Positions 15,000-21,520 of a stretch of DNA of 24,000 bases are shown here, one piece after another. The stretch comes from Akkermansiaceae bacterium (GTDB lineage: Bacteria; Verrucomicrobiota; Verrucomicrobiia; Verrucomicrobiales; Akkermansiaceae): assembly GCA_013041925.1 (NCBI GenBank), contig JABDRB010000033.1, forward strand, positions 38,148-62,147, given 5' to 3'. A model generated the notes under the pieces. It saw nothing but the letters and a program-made list of their open reading frames with translations. It made no database searches and had not been told where the DNA came from. The translations under genes were made by a program, and so were the position numbers. Numbering within the stretch: the first letter of the stretch is position 1; the number at the start of each line of letters is the position of its first letter.

Positions 15000-16370
15000 A
15001 TGAAACGTCGAAATTTCATCAAAAAAACAGCCAGTGCCACGGCTCTATCTCCCTGGCTCCAGCCATTTGCCAATGCCGCCGGAGAAAAGAGTAAACCATT
15101 CGGCCCTGGTGATTGGGGCGGCGTCACCATGGACGATGTGCGTGGCTTGTTTGAAAGCGATAACAAAGAGGCCAAAAAACTCATGGATCGAGTCATGGCC
15201 AAATGTGTGCTTGATAGAATCCTGCCGCCGATGTCACCCATGACGCAAAACTGGGTCTACCCTGGCGGACCTTATTATAAAGGCCAATGGATCTGGGACT
15301 CGATGTTTGTTGTGGATCTCTTAAGCCTCTTCCCCAGTAAAAAACAGGCGATCCGCGATATCTTCAAAAACTACTGGGACTTCCAAGACCGCTGGAATAA
15401 AGTGATGCCAGAATACGCCCACGACATGGTTACTGTGTCGATTAAGACCGCCCCCCAACCCGTCCGCCAGTTCTCCCAAATCGCGATCCTCGCTTGGGGT
15501 GTCGAGCGCGTACATCGTCGTAATGGTGATAAGGAGCTTATCAAACAATCCCTAGATCGACTCGAAAAGTTTCACGACTGGTATTGGCGCGAGCGCGATG
15601 TCACCAACGTCGGACTTTGCTCCGTCGGTGCCTACAGCGGAGAAGTCCAACACGCACGTTGGGAGACATTCGATTACGAATGTAACATGGACGACCTCAA
15701 ACTCACCAAACACCCGACCCGCAAGGGCACGAACGAAGGTGAGTGGTATGGGAACATCTGTGTGACTGGAAACACTTCCTACCTGATCATGGGGGAGCGT
15801 AGCCTCGTCAGACTTGCCAACATCGTCGGTGATAAAGCAATGGCTGCGCGTCGTCAAAAACGGATCGATCAATCTGTCAATGCCATGCGTGAACACATGT
15901 GGGATGAGAAAAAGGGTGCGTTCCTCTCGGTTCAGCGCGATACCTTGAAAAAGGTTCCCGTTGCCACCATCAGTAGCTGGCTTCCACTCACTGCCGGTGT
16001 CGCTACCCCGGAGATGGCAAAGCGCATGGCTGAGGTGTATGGCTCCCCTGCATGGCAGACCCCGCTCCCCGTGCCAACTTGCGAACTTACCGATTCACGT
16101 TGGAAATCGAGTGGGTTCTGGCGCGGCGACGTCTGGCCGTCCGCCAACTATCAGATCGCCTGCGGCTTCGCCGACTACGGGTATAAAGACATCGCCGCGG
16201 ACATCGCTGATAAAACAGTCGCGAACGCCATCAAAAATGGCATCAACGAACACTACGACTCCGTGACCGGCAAGGGCCTTGGTATCAAGGACTACTGCAT
16301 GAGCAGCACCATCGGCACTATGATGCTCGATGGGTTGACTAAAAAACACACCGTCAAACTTCGCCAGTAA
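15000..16370 (+). CDS. Tat-exported (alpha/alpha)6 glycosidase, clan GH-G-like (GH63 / GH37 / MGH1-like)
   Basis: Twin-arginine signal MKRRNFIKKTASATALSPWLQPFANA (K-R-R-N-F-I-K). GQWIWDSMFVVDLL resembles the W-D-S/T-x-F block of trehalase/GH63-type enzymes. GFWRGDVWPSANYQIACGF resembles the W-R-G-P-V-W-x-x-x-N-Y block. It starts 5 nt after the GH2 stop. Confidence 0.6.
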   Translation: MKRRNFIKKTASATALSPWLQPFANAAGEKSKPFGPGDWGGVTMDDVRGLFESDNKEAKKLMDRVMAKCVLDRILPPMSPMTQNWVYPGGPYYKGQWIWDSMFVVDLLSLFPSKKQAIRDIFKNYWDFQDRWNKVMPEYAHDMVTVSIKTAPQPVRQFSQIAILAWGVERVHRRNGDKELIKQSLDRLEKFHDWYWRERDVTNVGLCSVGAYSGEVQHARWETFDYECNMDDLKLTKHPTRKGTNEGEWYGNICVTGNTSYLIMGERSLVRLANIVGDKAMAARRQKRIDQSVNAMREHMWDEKKGAFLSVQRDTLKKVPVATISSWLPLTAGVATPEMAKRMAEVYGSPAWQTPLPVPTCELTDSRWKSSGFWRGDVWPSANYQIACGFADYGYKDIAADIADKTVANAIKNGINEHYDSVTGKGLGIKDYCMSSTIGTMMLDGLTKKHTVKLRQ

Positions 16371-16509
16371 GCCAAGGCGGGACAATATTGCATCTTCCAT
16401 GGTCTTTGTGGTAAAAAACAACGCTTACAGCATTCTATCCGCCTGATATCAAGGCCGCATCAGGTGGCATACTCCACGCTCGCCATCCTATCTCACTTTA
16501 ATCAAACCA

Positions 16510-17751
16510 ATGAAATCGAAAAAATCACGTAGAGTGCCCATGCTTGCCCATGGCCTTTGTTTCTTTCTGGTATCGACATTTGCCGTAGCCGGCAGCCATC
16601 TCTCCACGGATAACTCGCCCGACTTCAAAAAATTATTCGATGGGGAAACGTTAGCTGGTTGGGAAATTCTTCCTGGTGGCCAATGGAAGGTCGAAAATGG
16701 AGCCATCGTCGGCCGTCAGCAAAAATCCGAACAACGTCACGGCATGCTTCTTTCTAACAAAATCTTCACGGATTTTGTGGTGAAGCTTAAATACAGGTCC
16801 CTCAAAGGAAATAGCGGCTTTTATTTTCGTGCCGAAAGATCGAAAAGTCGGGCGTCCGTGAAAGGTTTTCAAGCTGAGATCGATGCCGGTGGCAGCGATG
16901 TCGGTGGGATTTATGAAACCTCGGGTCGATACTGGGTGTCTCGCCCGAGTGAGGAAAAAATCAAGACGTTTTATAAAAAGCATCAGTGGAATGATATGGT
17001 CATCCGAGCTGTCGGGAAAGACACCACGGTCCACGTCAATGGCGTTAAAACTGTGGATCTCAAAAATGACACCGGTCGGACCCATGGGCATTTTGGATTA
17101 CAGCTTCACGGCGGCCAAGAGATGCACGTCGAGTATAAGGACATCGAGATCATCGATCTTTCGGCCAAGACCGATTACACACGAATCAAGGAGACGGAAT
17201 TCACCCCGATGTTCAATGGCAAGGATTTGACCGGATGGAAAACATCAGGCAATTGGGTGGTCGAGCCTGGTAATATCGTGACCCTCAAACCCCGCGATGG
17301 TGAACACGGCTGGACACGCTTTGCTGACTATATCACCAGCACCCGGAAGTATGGCAACTTTGTCCTCAAGCTGGATTTCAAATTCGAGAAACGTGGTAAC
17401 TCGGGGGTCTTTATGCGCATCGCCGACCCCCTACTCCCTGTCACCACCGGCTTTGAGTTGCAGATCCTCGACACCCACGGGTTGGAAAATCCGGGCCAGC
17501 ACGATTGTGGCGGTATCATCGCCACCCACGGCCCATCAAAAAATAGGGTGAAACCCGCGGGCGAATGGAACGAATACATCGTTTACCTCAATGGCAATCG
17601 ACTCAAAGTTTCCCTCAATGGGGAGCCAATTCAGGACTTCGATATCAGTCAAACCGAACTCAAAGACCGCCCCGCCCATGGATATATTGGTTTCCAAGAC
17701 GAGGCTAAACGTATTTGGTATCGCAACGTCCGTATCAAGGAGCTCGATTAA
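16510..17751 (+). CDS. Exported protein with two tandem DUF1080 (3-keto-disaccharide hydrolase / LamG-like) domains
   Basis: Signal peptide. Domain 1 is FKKLFDGETLAGWEILPGGQWKVENGAIVG...NSGFYFRA...GHFGLQLHGGQEMHVEYKDIEI. Domain 2 is FTPMFNGKDLTGWKTSGNWVVEPGNIV...NSGVFMRI...GYIGFQDEAKRIWYRNVRIKEL. Both follow the DUF1080 pattern (F-x-LFNGKdLsGW ... G-x-I-x-LQ-x-h ... v-x-fRNIrIkeL). Confidence 0.85.
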   Translation: MKSKKSRRVPMLAHGLCFFLVSTFAVAGSHLSTDNSPDFKKLFDGETLAGWEILPGGQWKVENGAIVGRQQKSEQRHGMLLSNKIFTDFVVKLKYRSLKGNSGFYFRAERSKSRASVKGFQAEIDAGGSDVGGIYETSGRYWVSRPSEEKIKTFYKKHQWNDMVIRAVGKDTTVHVNGVKTVDLKNDTGRTHGHFGLQLHGGQEMHVEYKDIEIIDLSAKTDYTRIKETEFTPMFNGKDLTGWKTSGNWVVEPGNIVTLKPRDGEHGWTRFADYITSTRKYGNFVLKLDFKFEKRGNSGVFMRIADPLLPVTTGFELQILDTHGLENPGQHDCGGIIATHGPSKNRVKPAGEWNEYIVYLNGNRLKVSLNGEPIQDFDISQTELKDRPAHGYIGFQDEAKRIWYRNVRIKELD

Positions 17752-17815
17752 TCAGCCGCCAGGCCTCAGGGAGGCGTGACGGGCAAAATCGTTTCGTGGT
17801 TTGAGGCTTGCGCGG

Positions 17816-19510
17816 ATGCTTTTCATCGAGCATTTTCCCTGTGTGAAAAATATCATTCTATTCGGTGCCCTTCCCACCCTGCTTTCCCTTCTTTGCGTTT
17901 GTGCCACGCTGGTTCCGGCCACAGCCGCGATCACGCATCGTGCTGACGTCGTTGTTTATGGCGACGCATCTGGCGGAGTTACGGCGGCAGTGCAGGCAGC
18001 TCGAATGGGGAAAAAGGTGATCCTCGTTTCCCAGTATGGTCACCTTGGCGGACTGACCAGCAGCGGGCTCGGCTGGACCGATATTGGCAACCCCGCCATT
18101 CTTGGGGGTCTATCCCGGGAATTTTACCACAAGGTTTACAAGCATTATGAAGACGATGCGGCTTGGAAACAGCAAAAGCGTGCTGCTTTTAGTGACAAGG
18201 GACAAGGAACCAAAGCATTTGATTCCGCCACCGAGCTCGCATCCGTTTTCGAACCTAAGGTGGCCGAGGCGATTTTTGACAATTGGGTTAAGGACTCTGG
18301 GGTCACCGTGATTCATGGGCGTCTTGACCTTAAAGGGGGTGTGGAGAAGACCGACAAACATATTGCGAAGATACAGCTTGAAGATGGTTCCAGCGTCGAA
18401 GGTCAAATGTTTATCGATGCCTCCTACGAGGGGGACCTACTCGCCGGTGCAGGTGTTTCCTTCATGATCGGCCGCGAGCCCAACGCACTCTATGGCGAGA
18501 CTGGTAATGGTATCACGGGGGCATCAAAAAAGAATCAGCTGCGGAAAGGGATCGATCCCTATGTGGTGAAGGGCGATGCCCAAAGCGGGATACTTCCGGG
18601 GGTTAACCCCGACATGGGAGGAGCCAAAGGCGAAGGCGACAAAAAGCTCCAAGCCTACTGTTACCGGATGGTTCTTACCAATGCCGAGGACAACCGCATC
18701 GCCATCAAGAAGCCAGAAGGATACGACGAAAAACATTACGAGCTTCTTTTCCGTGCGATCGAGGCTGGTCAGCAATGGGGGTTTTTCAAGACCTCACCGA
18801 TGCCAAACAAAAAGACAGATTCTAATAACACGGGAGGCATTTCCACCGACTTCATCGGTGAGAATTACGGAGAGGGTTGGGACTGGTCGACGCTCAATCA
18901 CAAGGAACGCGAGGCACTCGCCGCGAGACACCGCGACTGGCAACTCGGACTGGTCTGGACCATCCAGCATCATCCACGCGTTCCTGAGGAAATCCGCAAG
19001 GCGTATGCCTCATGGGGTTTGCCTAAGGACGAGTTCGTAGACAACGGCCACTGGCCCTACAACCTTTACGTTCGGGAGGCCCGGCGGATGAAGTCGAGCG
19101 TCGTGATGACTGAGGCTCACTGCAAAAACAAGATTCTCGTGGATGATCCGGTCGGTCAGGGGGCATACACGCTCGACTCCCATAATACCCAACGCTTCGT
19201 GCACAACGGCATGGTCATGAATGAGGGCGATATTCAGACGTATCTTGGAGGGAAGCCCTACGGTATTTCCTACCAGTCGATTACCCCGAAGGCATCCGAA
19301 TGCCAGAACCTACTTGTTCCGTGGGCGCTCTCAGCTACCCATATCGCCTTTGGTTCAATCCGGATGGAGCCCGTCTTTATGGTCCTCGGCCAAAGTGCTG
19401 GCACCGCCGCCTGCCTCGCGATCGATGCCAAGACCAGCGTGCAAGACGTTCCTTACAACACGCTCCGCGCCCGTCTCATCAAAGATGACCAGCGCCTACC
19501 AACCCGCTAA
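17816..19510 (+). CDS. Exported FAD-dependent oxidoreductase (PF12831-like family common in PVC/Bacteroidota glycan loci)
   Basis: The hydrophobic signal IILFGALPTLLSLLCVCATLVPATAA is followed by the dinucleotide-binding start DVVVYGDASGGVTAAVQAARMGKKVILVS...GHLGGLTSSG. The track start at 17801 is TTG. I prefer the ATG at 17816, but either is possible. Confidence 0.7.
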   Translation: MLFIEHFPCVKNIILFGALPTLLSLLCVCATLVPATAAITHRADVVVYGDASGGVTAAVQAARMGKKVILVSQYGHLGGLTSSGLGWTDIGNPAILGGLSREFYHKVYKHYEDDAAWKQQKRAAFSDKGQGTKAFDSATELASVFEPKVAEAIFDNWVKDSGVTVIHGRLDLKGGVEKTDKHIAKIQLEDGSSVEGQMFIDASYEGDLLAGAGVSFMIGREPNALYGETGNGITGASKKNQLRKGIDPYVVKGDAQSGILPGVNPDMGGAKGEGDKKLQAYCYRMVLTNAEDNRIAIKKPEGYDEKHYELLFRAIEAGQQWGFFKTSPMPNKKTDSNNTGGISTDFIGENYGEGWDWSTLNHKEREALAARHRDWQLGLVWTIQHHPRVPEEIRKAYASWGLPKDEFVDNGHWPYNLYVREARRMKSSVVMTEAHCKNKILVDDPVGQGAYTLDSHNTQRFVHNGMVMNEGDIQTYLGGKPYGISYQSITPKASECQNLLVPWALSATHIAFGSIRMEPVFMVLGQSAGTAACLAIDAKTSVQDVPYNTLRARLIKDDQRLPTR

Positions 19511-19536
19511 AGACGATCGTTTTTAAATCATCCCAT

Positions 19537-19573
19537 GGGAGCGACGCGTTGAGCTGGGCGTGCGCTCCCTTTG
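19537..19573 (+). terminator. Probable intrinsic terminator after the FAD oxidoreductase gene
   Basis: GGGAGCG-ACGC ... GCGT-G-CGCTCCC forms about an 11-bp GC-rich stem (19537-19569) with one bulge, followed by TTTGT. It lies 27 nt after the stop, in a convergent gap. Confidence 0.45.
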
Positions 19574-19668
19574 TCCTCATGTTCCTCATCGCAGGGTCAT
19601 TGTGCTAGCCTCCCCGTGGCGAGGCTTATGATCCCCCCATTTGATGGTCCCGACCTTCTGATCCACCC

Positions 19669-20619
19669 TTATGGGGCCTTGTTTCCATCAAGGTCATTGA
19701 GGTTGATCAGCGGGACCGCTTGATCTCCAAGGATGGCACGAGGGACGCTGCCGTCCCATTTTTCGATGGCTCTGAGTTTGACAATCTCTGGGTTTTCTTG
19801 AAGGGCTTGACCCTCGATCCTGATCGCCTCCGCTTGGGCTTTGGCTTGGGCGGTAATTTCATAGGCCTGCGCATCCGCGAGGGCGATCCGCTTCGCCGCC
19901 TCTTCGATTGCCGCCATTTTTTCCGCTTTCGCCTGCACTTGCTTCTGGTCCTGCTCTGTGGTGAATCGTTTTAACTCTTCGATTTGGCGCTCGGCGAGCT
20001 GCTTCTGACGCTTTTTCTCCTCCACCCCCTGCACAATCATGCGGGGCAGGGTGAACTCCCTGAGTAACACCTCTTCGATCAGAAGGCCCTTTTCGGCGAG
20101 ATCCTGAAGCCCCTCGAGGATACGTGCCTGCATCGAGACCTGCACCTCATCCTGGTAGAAATCCTCTGCATTTTTAATCCCCTTACCCGCCTCACGGATC
20201 AGCGAGCGAAGTTTCGGAGTGAGGTGCACGGATTCGAGAGCTTCCGCATTTCCCGTTTCCTTGTAGGCTTCTGCCGCTCTCGCCTTATCGACACGCCACT
20301 TCACCGTCACATCCACCGCCGTCGTCAGCTGGTCTTGCGATGGGACACCAACGCCTTGAAGCGTCCGCTCCTTGTTCCGACAATCAATTTTCTGCACCTT
20401 TTTCAACGGGTTGATCAAGTGAAACCCCTCGCCGAGCTCATTCTGGTCCACCTTTCCGAAGAGTGTGGACACGCCGACATGTCCAGCTGGGATCGTCGTA
20501 AAAGGACTCAGGGCAAACAGGCCCGCCACGATGACCAGCGGGATCATCAGCTTAAGGAATGTCTTTTTAGCGCGGGCTATCTGTGCGGGGTCAAATTGGA
20601 TCGGTTGTTGCTGCTGCAT
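19669..20619 (-). CDS. SPFH/Band-7 (prohibitin/HflC-like) membrane protein
   Basis: N-terminal TM anchor (FLKLMIPLVIVAGLFAL). The SPFH core starts TIPAGHVGVSTLFGKV...GEGFHLINPL. A-, E- and Q-rich coiled coil, then the C-terminal PEIVKLRAIEKWDGSVP typical of prohibitin-family proteins. Confidence 0.9.
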   Translation of the reverse strand: MQQQQPIQFDPAQIARAKKTFLKLMIPLVIVAGLFALSPFTTIPAGHVGVSTLFGKVDQNELGEGFHLINPLKKVQKIDCRNKERTLQGVGVPSQDQLTTAVDVTVKWRVDKARAAEAYKETGNAEALESVHLTPKLRSLIREAGKGIKNAEDFYQDEVQVSMQARILEGLQDLAEKGLLIEEVLLREFTLPRMIVQGVEEKKRQKQLAERQIEELKRFTTEQDQKQVQAKAEKMAAIEEAAKRIALADAQAYEITAQAKAQAEAIRIEGQALQENPEIVKLRAIEKWDGSVPRAILGDQAVPLINLNDLDGNKAP

Positions 20620-20900
20620 GGCCGGACGCTAGTAGAGCTTAGCGGCCAAGGCTATCAAAAAAACACACCTGATCCACACGTCTCGCCGGCAGGGTTCATC
20701 GCGGGCTCCTAAAGTGTGGAGGGTTGGGGCCAAACCAATGATATTTGATTAAATGGATCACCCAGCATTTGTCCTACCCTACCGGTTAAATTAAAAGGTT
20801 GTCCCTGATTCCACCTTCCCAGATCGCAGATCAGGGGTCATCATGAGGCAGGCAAATCACCCCTTTCCCTATCGGAGGAAGGGGGTGTTGGAATCCTTAT

Positions 20901-20931
20901 AAACAAAAGGCCCAGAGGTTAATCTGAGCCT
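20901..20931 (-). terminator. Intrinsic terminator immediately downstream of ssrA
   Basis: On the minus strand the sequence is AGGCTCAGA-ttaacc-TCTGGGCCT, a 9-bp stem including one G-U pair. It is followed by TTTTGTTT and starts 8 nt after the tmRNA CCA end. Confidence 0.6.
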
Positions 20932-20939
20932 TTTTAAAG

Positions 20940-21298
20940 TGGTGGAGGCGAGGGGAGTCGAACCCCTGTCCTAAATACCTGCTACTTAAGCGTCTACATG
21001 TTTAGCTGGATGATATGGGTTTTAAGAGGGCGGTGGCTCACCAGCGGCTAACGCACTCCGATTGACCTGTTTAATCTTACCATTGACCCGGTCACCCGAT
21101 CGTTGGCCAGTCCACTGATTTGGCGCCTTTCCCCCTAGTGGACGTCGGAGGAAGAGACGTTGCTGTCAATTAAGCAGCAAGTGCGAGCTCGTTAGAGTCT
21201 GCAATTAGTTTGTTTGAACGGCTTTTTTAAGAGGCCAACCGATCAACCTCTACATGCGGCTTATGTTTTCAATATCCAGTCGAAACCATTACGCCCCC
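20940..21298 (-). ncRNA. ssrA: tmRNA (transfer-messenger RNA), standard one-piece form
   Basis: The minus strand reads 5' GGGGGCGTAATGGTTTCGACTGG ... GGACAGGGGTTCGACTCCCCTCGCCTCCACCA 3'. The acceptor stem GGGGGCG/CGCCTCC contains the G3:U alanine-identity pair. The T-arm is AGGGG-TTCGACT-CCCCT and the CCA is encoded. The PK1 region GGTTGGCCTCTTAAAAAAGCCG parallels E. coli GGUUGGCCUCGUAAAAAGCCGC. Length is about 359 nt. Confidence 0.92.
21170..21202 (-). other. tmRNA tag-peptide reading frame (predicted tag ADSNELALAA + stop)
   Basis: The minus strand reads GCA GAC TCT AAC GAG CTC GCA CTT GCT GCT TAA. The GCA resume codon lies 16 nt after PK1. The C-terminal ALAA is the canonical degradation-tag ending. 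The exact resume codon is inferred, since the frame is open further upstream. Confidence 0.7.
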
Positions 21299-21341
21299 CT
21301 TAGTTTTGGGCTAAGAAGATGGTGAAAAGTGGCTCAGATTC

Positions 21342-21485
21342 ATGGATTTGCAAGTGATTTTCATGGATTGTTCGCGATGTGGGGCAATTTTGTTGAAAGA
21401 ACAGGGGAGTTGGGCATTATCGACAGGAAGGTGTTCATCCTGCTACCGGCCACTGGATGCTGTGCCGGCATTTGACTCTGAATAA
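21342..21485 (+). CDS. Candidate small zinc-ribbon protein (47 codons; 40 if it starts at 21363); below the ORF-track length cut-off
   Basis: My translation is MDLQVIFMDCSRCGAILLKEQGSWALSTGRCSSCYRPLDAVPAFDSE*. It has two CxxC pairs 17 residues apart (CSRCG ... CSSC), the classic Zn-ribbon spacing. It ends 35 nt before the sulfatase ATG on the same strand. There is no obvious Shine-Dalgarno sequence, and I have no homology evidence. Confidence 0.35.
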   Translation: MDLQVIFMDCSRCGAILLKEQGSWALSTGRCSSCYRPLDAVPAFDSE

Positions 21486-21520
21486 AGTATCCCCCCCTTT
21501 AAGCCTTTCCCCCCTATTCC

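Noticed and set aside
19607-19626. Second hairpin AGCCTC-(8 nt)-GAGGCT in the convergent gap, considered as a terminator for the SPFH gene
   Set aside because: The stem is only 6 bp and there is no U-tract on the minus strand. It is too weak to call.
19720-20712. Plus-strand ORFs 19720..19974 and 20224..20712
   Set aside because: They are antisense to the SPFH/prohibitin gene, whose identity is clear. There is no independent support.
20843-20902. 19-codon ORF MRQANHPFPYRRKGVLESL, and other ORFs under 20 codons in the intergenic gaps (4239-4365, 5548-5716, 11937-12126, 16371-16509, 19511-19668)
   Set aside because: They are very short, have no motif, and are on the wrong strand or overlap a hairpin. 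They are indistinguishable from chance ORFs, unlike the CxxC...CxxC ORF reported separately.
20620-21520. Possibility of a genomic island or prophage integrated at ssrA
   Set aside because: No integrase, phage or mobile genes flank ssrA in the window, and I saw no duplicated ssrA 3' segment. The neighbours are housekeeping or CAZyme genes.
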